Shown: positions 19,643 through 30,439, numbered from the stretch's first letter. The stretch: 32,413 nt of DNA from Nitrospirae bacterium MYbin3 (GCA_002753335.1 PEAD01000032.1:1-32413), one strand, 5' to 3'. Made by a program: numbers and translations. The notes: generated by a model from the sequence alone, not told the origin.

Positions 19643-20416
19643 ATTAAATTCTCAGAAGATAAGAAAGAGTGTAAAAGCTGTGTATGGCTTAAGCCGGTCA
19701 TTTTAATTCTGCTGCTCTGTCTTGCCTCGTTTATTTTTTATAAGACCGGCCTGATTCAGTTCTTTCTGAGCAAAGAAAGAATGTTGAATTTCATTGATTC
19801 ACTCGGCCCTATAGGATTTGTAGGGTTTATTTTGCTTCAGATTACGCAGGTTGTGGCGGCGCCGATTCCTGGGGAGGCGACGGGACTTCTTGGTGGTTTT
19901 CTGTACGGTCCTGTTTTGGGAGTAATACTCTCTACCATCGGTCTGACTATAGGCTCATATATAGCTTTTGCGCTTTCACGCGCTTTTGGCCGCCCTTTTG
20001 TTGACAGGTTTGTTGATAAGTCTGTAATGAAGCGATTTGATTATCTGCTGCATCACAAAGGTGCTTTTCTTGTTTTCCTGCTGTTTTTGATTCCGGGCAT
20101 TCCAAAGGATTACTTGTGCTATATACTCGGACTAGGTCATTTATCAACTGCTCAATTTCTTGTTATAGGGGGAACAGGCAGGCTTTTCGGCACAATCCTG
20201 TTGACTCTTGGAGGCTCTTATATCCGCCACCAGCAGTACCAGCGATTTTTTATACTCGTGGGCGTGGCACTTGTAGTTATTTTTATTGCCATGGCGTACA
20301 AGGACAAACTAGACAGATTGTTCAGGGTATGGCATGTTCTGGATTACAGAAAGAAGAAAAAAAACAGAATAATTGTCAAGAAAACTATCTCGAAACATTC
20401 AGGCCGAGCTCATTGA
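19643..20416 (+). CDS. TVP38/TMEM64 (DedA-superfamily, SNARE-associated) membrane protein
   Basis: QVVAAPIPGE..G..GG..YG and FLIPGIPKD..CY..GL. The first ATG is at 19781, but the frame is open from 19637 and encodes an extra TM helix; start tentatively placed at ATT 19643. Confidence 0.8.
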   Translation: MKFSEDKKECKSCVWLKPVILILLLCLASFIFYKTGLIQFFLSKERMLNFIDSLGPIGFVGFILLQITQVVAAPIPGEATGLLGGFLYGPVLGVILSTIGLTIGSYIAFALSRAFGRPFVDRFVDKSVMKRFDYLLHHKGAFLVFLLFLIPGIPKDYLCYILGLGHLSTAQFLVIGGTGRLFGTILLTLGGSYIRHQQYQRFFILVGVALVVIFIAMAYKDKLDRLFRVWHVLDYRKKKKNRIIVKKTISKHSGRAH

Positions 20417-21350
20417 TGAGCTTAAGGTCATCATCAAATGTTCTTCCTGTTGTGGTCAGATAATTCCCGGTAAGAACAGAATCTGCTCCGGCCTTGAATA
20501 TTAAATTATGCATATCTTTTAGGGTTTGAATTCTTCCGCCGCATACCCTTATTTCTTTATTAGGCATGAGGAACCTGTAGAGGCTTATTATTTTCAGCGC
20601 CTCAAACGGCTCTAATGCTGCGTTTGCCTCAAGTGTAGTTCCCTTGACCGGCATTAAATAGTTAATAGGAACTGAATTGACTTCAAGGTTTTTTATCTCA
20701 AAGGCCATTTCTATTCTGTCGTTCCAAGTTTCTCCGAGCCCGAATATCCCCCCTGAACAGACCGAGAGTCCGGCTGATTTAGCTGCCTCTACGGTTTTAA
20801 GTTTATCGCGGTATGTATGTGTTGTGCAGATTGAAGGGAAAAATCTTTCTGATGTTTCGAGGTTGTGATGATACCTTTCCAGTCCGTTTCCCTTATAACA
20901 TTGAAGCTCATCTCTGTCTAGCAGCCCTAATGTGGAGCAGGGCAAAAGTCCGATCTCCCTTATTGAAGCGACCATCTCTGCTATCTGTTTAAGCTCTGAT
21001 TTGTTAACTTTACGGCCGCTTGTGACGATGCAGAATCTCTTCACTTGGTTGTCTTTTGCTTCACGCGCTTTTTCGAGCACGGCTGTTTTGCTCAAAAGCG
21101 GATAAACAGCGGAGGATGTTTTAAAACGAGAGGACTGGGCGCAGTATGAGCAGTCTTCGCTGCAGGCTCCCGATTTCGCGTTGATTATGGCGCATAGATC
21201 GATGATATTATTTTTAAAGGAAGTACGTATTATTTCGGCAGCCGCAAAAAGTGAAGATGCATTTGCCCCCCCCAGCTCGCTAATAAAAACAGCTTCATCT
21301 TTGGTAATTGCGCGTAGTGACAATGTTTTTTCTAGGAGGTTGTTTAGCAT
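20385..21350 (-). CDS. bioB: Biotin synthase
   Basis: NAKSGACSEDCSYCAQS, YHHNLETS, CSGGIFGLGE, SVPIN and GNYLTT.G. Confidence 0.95.
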   Translation of the reverse strand: MLNNLLEKTLSLRAITKDEAVFISELGGANASSLFAAAEIIRTSFKNNIIDLCAIINAKSGACSEDCSYCAQSSRFKTSSAVYPLLSKTAVLEKAREAKDNQVKRFCIVTSGRKVNKSELKQIAEMVASIREIGLLPCSTLGLLDRDELQCYKGNGLERYHHNLETSERFFPSICTTHTYRDKLKTVEAAKSAGLSVCSGGIFGLGETWNDRIEMAFEIKNLEVNSVPINYLMPVKGTTLEANAALEPFEALKIISLYRFLMPNKEIRVCGGRIQTLKDMHNLIFKAGADSVLTGNYLTTTGRTFDDDLKLINELGLNVSR

Positions 21351-21374
21351 GTTTTTACTATTTGATTTTAAAAG

Positions 21375-21446
<72 letters not shown>

Positions 21447-21504
21447 ATATCAATAAGTTACGAGTTAGTATAACATGGACTGCGACTAAATTGTGACCAA
21501 TGAG

Positions 21505-24330
21505 TTACACCAGAACTCTTTTGGCAGCAAGATATCTTTCTATTTCTGTCTTAGCAAAACCAAACTGGGCATCCAGTTCCGGAAGGCGTGCAACAACAGT
21601 TTCAAGGTTGCCAGAAATTGAAGCCTGTTCCATTTCAAAGGCTAATGAGCGCATAGCCTCGCAGAATACAACGGCCGATGCGCCCTTTATGGAGTGGGTC
21701 ATTCTGATGATATTTTTAATGTCCCCGGTAGCAATATGAGCTCTTAATTTTTCGATATGCTTGGGAATCTCTTCCAGAAAGACTTTGACTATGTTAAGTG
21801 CCAAATCCTCATCGTTCATTTGATTTTCTAAGAGCTTATCAATATCAAAAACCGATGTCTTTGTTACAGCAGCTACAGCAGCTGTTTTTACTATGGTATC
21901 TTCTCTCTTTTCAATTGAATGCTCTGTTGCTTCATCTGGATCCTTCGGCAGCCATTTTTCGAGCGCATCAGCTAATGCCTTAGGAGAAACAGGCTTGGAT
22001 ACATAATCGTTCATCCCTGCTTCAAGACACTTTTCACGATCACCTTGCATGGCATTTGCTGTCATCGCAATAATCGGAATATTATGATTCATGACAGTTG
22101 ATGCAGGATTGCGTATTTTCCGCGTGGCTTCATAGCCATCCATCTCAGGCATATGACAATCCATCAGCACTAAATCGTAAGGCAGATCTTCAAGCGCGCT
22201 TACAGCCTCAGCGCCGTCTGCAACAAGATCCACCCTCAAGAAGCCCAGTTTCTTCAGTATGCCCTTTGCCACCTGTTGGTTTGTAATGTTGTCTTCTGCC
22301 AAGAGAATGCGAACCGCACCTCGACGCATCTCGCGGATTATATGGCGAGTAATTATGGGTTGTGTTGAATTATCAACAGGAGTACCTGAAAGAACAACGG
22401 CCAAAGTGTTAAAAAGATCTGACTGTCTGACTGGTTTGCTTAGGTACGCGGCAAAACCTACATCCTTCATGCGTTTTGCATCTCCTCGTTGTCCTCCTAA
22501 AGAGGTCATGAGCATAAGCCGAGTATTGTTAAGCGTTCCATCAGATTTAATGGCCCGGGCCAATGCAACTCCGTCCATGCCCGGCATCTGCATGTCTAAA
22601 ATAGCTACCTGAAAGGTATCTTTTGAGTCTCGTGCATTGTAAAGTGCAGCGAGAGCAGCAGGACCACTTGAACACTCTTCAACTCTGACACCTCGGCTTT
22701 TGAGTTGGGTCCTAAATATTTCGCGGTTTGTGGCATTGTCATCAACTACAAGTACGTGCGCCCCGCTGATATCCGATTGGAACGAAACAGGATGCTGATC
22801 GATTTGTTTGCCAAGACGTGCAGTGAACCAGAATTCTGAACCATGTCCATCTTCACTATTAATCCCAACCTCTCCGCCCATGATCTCGGCAAGCTGCTTT
22901 GAAATAGCCAGCCCCAATCCTGTGCCGCCATATTTGCGTGTGGTTGAGGCATCTGCCTGGCTGAACTTTTGGAATAATTTGGACTGTTTATCCGCAGGAA
23001 TTCCTATTCCTGTATCCTTAACCGAAAAACGCACCAGCACCTCAGATTCGTTCTCTGATACCAGGCTTGCAGTCACAGAAATTTCTCCCTTAGATGTGAA
23101 CTTGACCGCATTGCCTGCTAGATTAGTTAGTATTTGCCGCAGGCGGCCAGGGTCGCCGCAAAGATAGGTTGGCAAATCAGGTGCAGTAGCGCATATAAAC
23201 TCGAGCCCCTTTTCATGAGCACGCAGAGCCAATGCTGCAGCGAAATCATCCAGCATAGAGCGCAAATCAAAATCCAGATTCTCAAGTTCTAGCTTGCCAG
23301 CTTCTATCTTGGAAAAATCCAGTATGTCATTTATAAGAGCAAGAAGTGTTTCTCCGCTGCTGCGTATAGTATCCGCATAACGCCGCTGTTCTTCATTAAG
23401 CTCTGTATCCAGCAAAAGGCCGGTCATGCCTATTACCCCATTCATGGGCGTACGTATTTCGTGGCTCATATTTGCCAAAAATTCGCTTTTGGCAACGCTC
23501 GCAGCTTCGGCAGAGTCCCTTGCCTCGACAAGCTCCTTTTCCATTTGTTTGCGTTTGGTTATGTCATCCTTGACCGCAACGTAATGAGTGGCTTTGCCCT
23601 GTTCATTAAGCACAGGAGCTATGGATGCGCGCTCCCAGTACAATTCACCATTTTTCTTCCGGTTGCAGACATCGCCAATCCATTCTTGTCCTGAATTGAG
23701 TGTGGTCCACATATTGCTGTAAAACTCAGGAGTATGAACGCCTGATTTTAAAATCTTTGGATTTTGCCCCAACGCCTCGTCTGCTGAGTAACCGGTAATC
23801 TTCTCGAACTGCGGGTTTACGTATTCTATTTTGCCATCTGCATCAGTTATCACAACGGTTGAAGAGCTTTGGCGGATAGCCTGTGAAAGCTTATGAAGAT
23901 CGTTCATGGTATTTTTCTGTTCGGTAATATCGAAAACAATCGAATACAACAGCGGATTATCAGAATCTCCTATTGCCGTTGAATGCAGCTCTACCGTTTT
24001 TACCGAACCATCTGAAAGGCGATGCAGAAACACAGAAGAGTTTTTATCTCGGGCTGAAGAATATTCAATTGCCGGGGAATCTGCACCCACAAGTTGATTT
24101 ATGCTTGATATATTAAGATTCCGAAGCTGATCAATAGAATACCCATAGAATTTGGATGCGGCTTGGTTAGCGTCAATAATTCGGCCTGAGCGCTGCTCTA
24201 TTACCATCATTATTGCGCTGTGCTTCTCAAACATCTGTCTAAAAAGATTTCCGCTTTCCTCCACTGCCTGTTTATTATGAACACTCAGGCAGGATGCATC
24301 ATCAGGCGGAGAATTTTTCAGGTCGGTCAC
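21505..24330 (-). CDS. Cytoplasmic hybrid sensor histidine kinase (PAS-PAS-HisKA-HATPase-REC-REC-HPt)
   Basis: [37 protein letters not shown], two receivers (VDDN...LDMQMP; AEDN...MDCHMP) and HPt HSIKGAS; no TM segment. Confidence 0.93.
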   Translation of the reverse strand: MTDLKNSPPDDASCLSVHNKQAVEESGNLFRQMFEKHSAIMMVIEQRSGRIIDANQAASKFYGYSIDQLRNLNISSINQLVGADSPAIEYSSARDKNSSVFLHRLSDGSVKTVELHSTAIGDSDNPLLYSIVFDITEQKNTMNDLHKLSQAIRQSSSTVVITDADGKIEYVNPQFEKITGYSADEALGQNPKILKSGVHTPEFYSNMWTTLNSGQEWIGDVCNRKKNGELYWERASIAPVLNEQGKATHYVAVKDDITKRKQMEKELVEARDSAEAASVAKSEFLANMSHEIRTPMNGVIGMTGLLLDTELNEEQRRYADTIRSSGETLLALINDILDFSKIEAGKLELENLDFDLRSMLDDFAAALALRAHEKGLEFICATAPDLPTYLCGDPGRLRQILTNLAGNAVKFTSKGEISVTASLVSENESEVLVRFSVKDTGIGIPADKQSKLFQKFSQADASTTRKYGGTGLGLAISKQLAEIMGGEVGINSEDGHGSEFWFTARLGKQIDQHPVSFQSDISGAHVLVVDDNATNREIFRTQLKSRGVRVEECSSGPAALAALYNARDSKDTFQVAILDMQMPGMDGVALARAIKSDGTLNNTRLMLMTSLGGQRGDAKRMKDVGFAAYLSKPVRQSDLFNTLAVVLSGTPVDNSTQPIITRHIIREMRRGAVRILLAEDNITNQQVAKGILKKLGFLRVDLVADGAEAVSALEDLPYDLVLMDCHMPEMDGYEATRKIRNPASTVMNHNIPIIAMTANAMQGDREKCLEAGMNDYVSKPVSPKALADALEKWLPKDPDEATEHSIEKREDTIVKTAAVAAVTKTSVFDIDKLLENQMNDEDLALNIVKVFLEEIPKHIEKLRAHIATGDIKNIIRMTHSIKGASAVVFCEAMRSLAFEMEQASISGNLETVVARLPELDAQFGFAKTEIERYLAAKRVLV

Positions 24331-24333
24331 GCC

Positions 24334-25995
24334 TTACACCTTCATTACTCCGCCGGTTCCTGCAGATGTAACGAGCTTTGCATACCTTGAAAGATAGCCG
24401 TGTTTGATTTTTGGGGAGGGCTGTTTCCATTTAGAAAGCCTGTTTTTTATTTCGTCATCCGAAAGTTTCAGGTCTATTTTTCTTTTGGCGATGTCAATCA
24501 AAATTTTGTCACCGTCTTTGATGATCGCTATAGGTCCGCCTTCCATGGCTTCGGGGGATATGTGGCCTATGCATGGGCCTCTTGTTCCGCCAGAGAATCT
24601 GCCGTCAGTAATGAGGGCTACCGATTCGCTCAAACCCATGCCGGCAATTGCTGCAGTTGGCGAAAGCATTTCACGCATTCCAGGTCCACCTTTTGGTCCC
24701 TCATATCTTATAACAACTACGTCGCCCGATTTTATTTTTCCGTTGATTATAGCCTTCATGCCTTCTTCTTCGGAGTCAAAAACTCTTGCTTTCCCTTCAA
24801 AGCTCATCATGCTTTTGCTTACCGCAGTCTGCTTGACAACTGCGCCGTCAGGCGCTATGTTGCCTTTTAAAATAGCTATGCCACCTTGTTTGTGATAGGC
24901 CTTCTCTACTGGCCTTATAATATCTTCATCAGCAATATATGCCTTGTCAGCTATATCAAGGATGTCTCGGCCAGAAACTGTTTTTGATTTGCCGAGCAGT
25001 TTTCTCAGTCGCCTCAACACTGCTGGAATTCCTCCTGCATAGTCAAGGTCTTCCATGTAATGCTCGCCGCCCGGGATCATATTGGCTATGTGAGGAGTTT
25101 TCTTGCTCAACTCGTCAAATGTTTCTATCGGCAATTTTACCCCAGCTTCGTGAGCGATGGCCGGGATGTGAAGCACAGTATTGGTCGAGCCTCCTAGGGC
25201 AAGGTCAACGGTGATTGCATTTTTAAAGGCTGCAGCGGTCATAATCTTTCTCGGAGTGATATCTTTCTTTACCAAACCTGTGATAAGCCTTCCGCTTTCG
25301 AAAGCGATGCGTCTTTTTTGTCCCATAACAGCGGGAGAGGTTGCGCATCCGGGTATGCTCATGCCAAGTGCCTCGGTTATACAAGCCATAGTGTTTGCTG
25401 TGTACATGCCCTGACATGAACCTGCACCGGGGCATGCGCACATTTCTAGGTCAGAAAGTTCATCTTTAGTTATAAGGCCTTTTTTAAACTTTCCAACCGC
25501 TTCAAATGTATCGCTTGTAAGGTTGCGTCTTTTCCCTTTGTAGTGGCCGGCAAGCATTGGGCCTGCGGTCACAACTATAGATGGGATATTAACGCGTGCA
25601 GCTGCCATAAGCATCCCAGGGGTTATTTTATCGCAGTTGGTCAGAAGCACAAGTCCATCGAGCCTGTGTGCTTCTGCAATGGTTTCTATCATGTCAGCTA
25701 TCAGTTCCCTTGATGCCAGAGAGTAGTGCATCCCTTTGTGCCCCATGGCTATCCCGTCGCATATTCCGGGCACGCCGAAAAAGAATGGATATCCTCCGCC
25801 TGTATGAACGCCTTTTTCGATAAACCTCTCAAGGTCTTTCATCCCAATATGGCCTGGGATGATGTCTGTGAAACTGGTGGCTACCCCAATAAAAGGTTTG
25901 TCCATCTCGGTTTTAGGAATGCCTGTCGCATAAAGCAGGGCGCGATGAGGAACACGCTCAATACCGCATTTAATTGTATTGCTTCGCATGGTCAT
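24334..25995 (-). CDS. ilvD: Dihydroxy-acid dehydratase
   Basis: [37 protein letters not shown] and TDGRFSGG. Confidence 0.97.
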   Translation of the reverse strand: MTMRSNTIKCGIERVPHRALLYATGIPKTEMDKPFIGVATSFTDIIPGHIGMKDLERFIEKGVHTGGGYPFFFGVPGICDGIAMGHKGMHYSLASRELIADMIETIAEAHRLDGLVLLTNCDKITPGMLMAAARVNIPSIVVTAGPMLAGHYKGKRRNLTSDTFEAVGKFKKGLITKDELSDLEMCACPGAGSCQGMYTANTMACITEALGMSIPGCATSPAVMGQKRRIAFESGRLITGLVKKDITPRKIMTAAAFKNAITVDLALGGSTNTVLHIPAIAHEAGVKLPIETFDELSKKTPHIANMIPGGEHYMEDLDYAGGIPAVLRRLRKLLGKSKTVSGRDILDIADKAYIADEDIIRPVEKAYHKQGGIAILKGNIAPDGAVVKQTAVSKSMMSFEGKARVFDSEEEGMKAIINGKIKSGDVVVIRYEGPKGGPGMREMLSPTAAIAGMGLSESVALITDGRFSGGTRGPCIGHISPEAMEGGPIAIIKDGDKILIDIAKRKIDLKLSDDEIKNRLSKWKQPSPKIKHGYLSRYAKLVTSAGTGGVMKV

Positions 25996-26047
25996 AGTTC
26001 TCCCGTGGTTTTAATGGGTTATAACTGATAGGGAATGATGCAGCCGT

Positions 26048-26272
26048 CTAAGGGTGTTGTTTTTTGTAGTCCCTTACGAACTCGGCCATCTTGTCTTTCT
26101 TCTGAAGCTTCTCTTTTTGCATCTTTTTTCTTTCCATCTCTTCATCTGTCGAAAGGTAATGTTTTTTGTCTAGTTCTGCAAGCTGGCTGTCTAGTTCTCT
26201 GTGCTCAAGGTAGATCTTCTTGAAGTGCTCGTTTTCTTTTTTCAGGATTTCGATGATATCTTCGTCCTTCAT
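26048..26272 (-). CDS. DUF465/YdcH-family small coiled-coil protein
   Basis: F...EH.ELD..L.......LS..EE..RK..QKEKL..KD pattern; AGGGGG RBS. Confidence 0.8.
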   Translation of the reverse strand: MKDEDIIEILKKENEHFKKIYLEHRELDSQLAELDKKHYLSTDEEMERKKMQKEKLQKKDKMAEFVRDYKKQHP

Positions 26273-26425
26273 TGCTACCCCCTATTTGTATTTATCTTCA
26301 GCGGCAAACACATTTTTGGAATAATTATAACGATTATCAGACTATATTGCAAATGCCTGCTTATAATGCCTTTTAGTGCTATAATTATACCGTCAGGAAA
26401 TAAAATAATATGACGAGGTGAAGGG

Positions 26426-27700
26426 ATGAAAAAGGTTTTTGTTCTTGATACTAATGTTTTGATTCATGATCCTGAATCCATTCTCAGGTTTGAAGATAAT
26501 GATATTGTTATTCCTATAAGCGTTATCGAGGAACTGGACGAGATGAAAAAGGGGCATGGAGAGATTCCATATTCTGCGCGCCATGCACTTAAATTGATAG
26601 ACTCTTTGAGGGAGGGCGAGAACGGAGAGCATGTCAACATTTCTAAAGGGGTTCCGGTTCCCAACGGCAAAGGCGGTAAATTAAGGATAGAGATGGATGA
26701 GAAATTGTCTGTGCTGCAGAAGCACTCGCCGGACAACAGGATAGTTTCTGTAGCATTAAATCTTTTCAAGAGTGACCGCAATGTGCCTGTAGTTATGGTT
26801 TCTAAAGATACGGCGGTAAGAATAAAGGCAGAGTCTCTTGGGATACCTTCTCAAGATTACAAGAACGACAAGACCTCCATATTTAAAGAATACGGCAGAG
26901 TGCTTGAAAACACAGATTATCCCAATGGCATTCATTCTGTAAGGTACATGAGGAACGGCAGCGATATTTTCAGGATTCAAGGCGAGGACAAACAGACAAA
27001 GATAAAGCCTGGCAAAACTCTGGATAACATAGCGCCTAAAAACATAGAGCAGGAATGCGCCATTGACGCCCTAACTAATCCGGATATAGAGATTGTCGCA
27101 CTTACAGGCACCGCAGGCACAGGCAAAACACTGCTTGCGCTTGCAGCAGCCATACACCAAACCACCAAGAAATCTCCCCTTTATGAACAGGTGCTTGTTG
27201 CAAGGCCTACCATCCCGCTCGGAGGCGTTGATATTGGTTTTTTGCCGGGCGATATAAAAGAAAAGCTGTCTCCGTGGATGCAGCCGATATTTGACAACCT
27301 TGAGGTTATAGTAAATACTCCTCGTGGCCTGATGAAGGATAATGCTGCAGTATCTTCAAAATATAAGAACTACCAGTATTTAATCGATGCAGGTATCTTG
27401 CAGGTTGAAGCCTTAACATATATCAGAGGGCGTTCATTGCCGGCTCGTTATTTCATAGTGGATGAGGCTCAGCAATTGAGGCCTATAGACATTAAAACTA
27501 TTATAACAAGGTGCGGTTCGGGCACCAAAATAGTATTCACCGGCGATCTTGAACAGGTGGATCATCCGTTTCTTGATTCGCATTCCAACGGGCTTGCTTA
27601 TTTGATAAGCAGATTCATTAATGAAGAGGCTTTTTGCTATCTGAACCTTACCAAAACAGCCCGCTCAAAGCTGGCAGAGAGAGCCGCAAAGCTGCTTTGA
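26426..27700 (+). CDS. PhoH-family protein with N-terminal PIN domain (PhoH2/YlaK type)
   Basis: VLDTNVLIHDP PIN start, GTAGTGKT, GFLPGD..EKL.PW, YIRGRS and IVDEAQ. Confidence 0.92.
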   Translation: MKKVFVLDTNVLIHDPESILRFEDNDIVIPISVIEELDEMKKGHGEIPYSARHALKLIDSLREGENGEHVNISKGVPVPNGKGGKLRIEMDEKLSVLQKHSPDNRIVSVALNLFKSDRNVPVVMVSKDTAVRIKAESLGIPSQDYKNDKTSIFKEYGRVLENTDYPNGIHSVRYMRNGSDIFRIQGEDKQTKIKPGKTLDNIAPKNIEQECAIDALTNPDIEIVALTGTAGTGKTLLALAAAIHQTTKKSPLYEQVLVARPTIPLGGVDIGFLPGDIKEKLSPWMQPIFDNLEVIVNTPRGLMKDNAAVSSKYKNYQYLIDAGILQVEALTYIRGRSLPARYFIVDEAQQLRPIDIKTIITRCGSGTKIVFTGDLEQVDHPFLDSHSNGLAYLISRFINEEAFCYLNLTKTARSKLAERAAKLL

Positions 27701-27738
27701 TTTGCTTCATGCCTTAACATGTGATATAAATTTAGACG

Positions 27739-28215
27739 ATGCAAAAATACGCAGCATTTTTCTATAGGTTTCCTGTTCTAGGGCTATCGTTAATTTTAAC
27801 GCTGGCCTTTCTTGCGGCTTATTCCGATCTTGAAGCAAACGACTGGAGACGCTACGATGAAAGTGAATACCTTTATTTTTTATACAATAAAAAAAGCATC
27901 CAATGGGTTGACAGTGATACGGCAAGAGTTAGATGCAAAAGTTCGCTCAAAGGTGAGAAGGGAAAAAACTGGCTTTCAGAAAAGATGAAACAAGGCATTG
28001 TGCCTGCGCGTGATGTCGAAAATATCAGCCTGGCCACTTTTCTTATAGATATAAAATGCTCTAATCGTATGATGAGGGAACTCTCATACAATTACTTCGA
28101 TAAAAGCGTAACCGTTCTTTCACCATTTGATACGTTTTCTGCGAACTGGAAATTTATCACACCGGGGAGTGTCGGCGACAAACTGCATAGTGTGGTATGT
28201 CAGCCACGCAACTAA
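27739..28215 (+). CDS. Secreted surface-adhesin E-like protein
   Basis: N-terminal hydrophobic signal; W..Y...YNKKSI, IDIKC and W..ITPGS..D.L...VC; resembles 658-1065. Confidence 0.6.
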   Translation: MQKYAAFFYRFPVLGLSLILTLAFLAAYSDLEANDWRRYDESEYLYFLYNKKSIQWVDSDTARVRCKSSLKGEKGKNWLSEKMKQGIVPARDVENISLATFLIDIKCSNRMMRELSYNYFDKSVTVLSPFDTFSANWKFITPGSVGDKLHSVVCQPRN

Positions 28216-29066
28216 ATTGTTATGTCTGAAGTATGTTCTAAGTAGCTTTTTTCTATCTCTTGCTTGATGTCCTGTATGCTGCTTTCTGCAATGCCTATAT
28301 CGGTCAAATCAAGAGTGGCTGAAGTATTCGGATTTTTCAACCCTATGCCTATATCAAGGCAAAGCTCATCTGCAGCCTTGACTATTCTGCATATGTTTAA
28401 GTCCAGTTCGTCTCTATTTTTAGGCAAGCTATCAATAGTTTCTTTGTGATGATATGCCATAACCAACTCCATGGTGATAGGCAAGCGCCATTTTTTTGCT
28501 ATAAGACTGCCAGCCTCGCAATGATTGAATCTTAAGAATTCTTCTTCAGCCTTTATTATCGAAATACCGTCTCTATATGCCTTGTCTGTTATAGCTTTGT
28601 AATCGTTTGGGATGCAGTTCAATAGAACACTGCTTCCCAGATCATGTACCAAGCCAGCTATATGAGCTTCTTCAGCCGGAGCTAGATGCGTTTTGTAAGC
28701 TAAAATAGATGCTGCGATCGAAACGCCCAGGCTATGCTCCCACAGAGCCTTTTCATAAACAGTATTCTTTTTATAAAGGTCTTTCAAGGCGGAGGCAACG
28801 ACTAGCGAATGCATATTATTAAAACCAATGAGCATCATCGCTGTTGATATGGAGCATATATCCCTGCTCCTGCCGAAGTAAGGGGAATTCGCCACTTTCA
28901 AAATTCTTGCCGCAAAAGCCTCATCCCTGCTGATGATTTTTTCGAGCTCATCTATTGATGATTTGTCATTATTGGTTATAGCAAGCACTTTAGCTGCTAT
29001 TGCAGGTATGCTTGGAATATCAACAGTTTTTAGAATGATATCTTCTAATTTTTCATTATTGCCCAT
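28212..29066 (-). CDS. HDOD domain protein
   Basis: IPSIP.IA, ILKVANSPYFG, LWEHS, AGLVHDLG, H.E.G..IAKKWRLP and YHH; likely start is ATG 29066. Confidence 0.9.
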   Translation of the reverse strand: MGNNEKLEDIILKTVDIPSIPAIAAKVLAITNNDKSSIDELEKIISRDEAFAARILKVANSPYFGRSRDICSISTAMMLIGFNNMHSLVVASALKDLYKKNTVYEKALWEHSLGVSIAASILAYKTHLAPAEEAHIAGLVHDLGSSVLLNCIPNDYKAITDKAYRDGISIIKAEEEFLRFNHCEAGSLIAKKWRLPITMELVMAYHHKETIDSLPKNRDELDLNICRIVKAADELCLDIGIGLKNPNTSATLDLTDIGIAESSIQDIKQEIEKSYLEHTSDITI

Positions 29067-29172
29067 ACTATGAATAATATCAGAACTAGGCTTGAGTCGT
29101 CCATTTTGAGGCATCAACAGAATAAACGTTATCTTGATTAGCAGACGTTTTTTTCTGTAACATTCGTGTAAT

Positions 29173-30327
29173 ATGATGCCTTTGTATCTTTCGGAAAACT
29201 GTTCTCTAAAATGGCTTGAAACCCCATCCGTCTATAATTCAAAAACTGACGAGCTTTATGAACTTGACGAGAAAGGTTTTGAGTTTCTTCGTTCATGTGC
29301 GCATCAGTCTGGCTGCAAAAGCTGCAACCCTGATGCCCAATTTGTTGATTACTGCGTATCTGAGGGAATTCTTCAAACAGAGCATGTCTCTATTGTCAGA
29401 GCGCCTGCGATTAAAGCTCCTGTGCCTTCTTTAAGGTACCTTGAGCTGCAGATTACGGATAAATGCAATCTCAGATGCAGGCATTGCTACTTGGGGGAAC
29501 CGCAAAAGAATGAGCTGTCTCTTGAAGATATAAAGCTTGTGCTTGATGAATTTGAGGTCATGCAGGGACTGCGTCTCTTAATTACCGGCGGAGAGCCTCT
29601 TATGCACAGCAGGTTTTCGGCAATAAATGAAATGTTGGCAGAATATAGTTTCAGGAAGGTGCTCTTTACTAACGGTCTTATGCTTGATAAGGGCGCTATA
29701 AAAGGCCTTAATATTGATGAGGTTCAGTTCAGTATTGACGGCATCGAAAAAGGACATGACGCATTGAGAGGAAAAGGCACACATAAAAAAACGATTGCAA
29801 GCTTGAACGAGGCACTAAAACTGGGGATGCAAACCTCTGTAGCCACTATGGTTCACAATAAAAACCTCGACGAGTTTGAAATCATGTCCCAAGTCTTTGC
29901 AGATATGGGGATAAGAGACTGGACGGTTGATGTACCCTGTCTTTCCGGAAACCTTATGCTTAATCCTGAAATGCATGTTCCTCCGGAAATAGCCGGACGA
30001 TTAATGCGATATGGGTTTGGAGGAGGCTTGCACGGAGGCGGTGAGGGGTACGGCTGTGGACTTCATCTTGCCGCAGTTACTCCGACAGGAGATATATGCA
30101 AGTGCGCTTTTTATGCAGATTTTTCTGCAGGGAAAATCAAAGATGGATTGAGAAAAGCATGGGCTTCAATAAAGCCGATAAATATAAATGATATGGAATG
30201 CGCCAAACCGGTCTGCGCTTATATTGACGCTTGCCGCGGCGGCTGCAGGTTCAGGGCAGAGGCGGCAGGTGGTGCAGGAAGAAGAGACCTTTACAAATGC
30301 CATGAGTTTGGTATAATAAATACATAA
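29173..30327 (+). CDS. Radical SAM/SPASM enzyme with N-terminal RRE(PqqD)-like domain, candidate peptide maturase
   Basis: CNLRCRHC, TGGEP, SIDG...HD.LRG; SPASM C-X10-G-X4-C ... CX4CX5CX3C-X17-C; about 80-aa N-terminal extension. Confidence 0.9.
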   Translation: MMPLYLSENCSLKWLETPSVYNSKTDELYELDEKGFEFLRSCAHQSGCKSCNPDAQFVDYCVSEGILQTEHVSIVRAPAIKAPVPSLRYLELQITDKCNLRCRHCYLGEPQKNELSLEDIKLVLDEFEVMQGLRLLITGGEPLMHSRFSAINEMLAEYSFRKVLFTNGLMLDKGAIKGLNIDEVQFSIDGIEKGHDALRGKGTHKKTIASLNEALKLGMQTSVATMVHNKNLDEFEIMSQVFADMGIRDWTVDVPCLSGNLMLNPEMHVPPEIAGRLMRYGFGGGLHGGGEGYGCGLHLAAVTPTGDICKCAFYADFSAGKIKDGLRKAWASIKPININDMECAKPVCAYIDACRGGCRFRAEAAGGAGRRDLYKCHEFGIINT

Positions 30328-30333
30328 TCAGGC

Positions 30334-30349
30334 TGGCATGAAGCTAGCT
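30334..30349 (+). promoter_or_regulatory. sigma54 (RpoN)-type -24/-12 promoter
   Basis: TGGCATG-AAGC-TAGCT versus the consensus TGGCACG-N4-TTGCW; exact GG-N10-GC spacing. Confidence 0.55.
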
Positions 30350-30376
30350 AAACCCTAAGAAAGGGAGGTGTTTAAA

Positions 30377-30439
30377 ATGACAATTAAAAAGGTATCGAAG
30401 AAAGGCTCCACAACCTGCAAGTGCAAAGGTTCATGCTAA
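30377..30439 (+). CDS. 20-aa Cys/Lys-rich peptide MTIKKVSKKGSTTCKCKGSC, candidate RiPP precursor
   Basis: RBS AAGGGAGGTG (30361-30370) 6 nt before the ATG; TAA at 30437-30439; lies between the rSAM/SPASM gene and a strong terminator. Confidence 0.8.
   Translation: MTIKKVSKKGSTTCKCKGSC

Noticed and set aside
26048..27700. DUF465 plus PIN-PhoH as a toxin-antitoxin pair
   Set aside because: The genes are divergent rather than co-transcribed, and both families are common stand-alone genes; DUF465 reads into ilvD.
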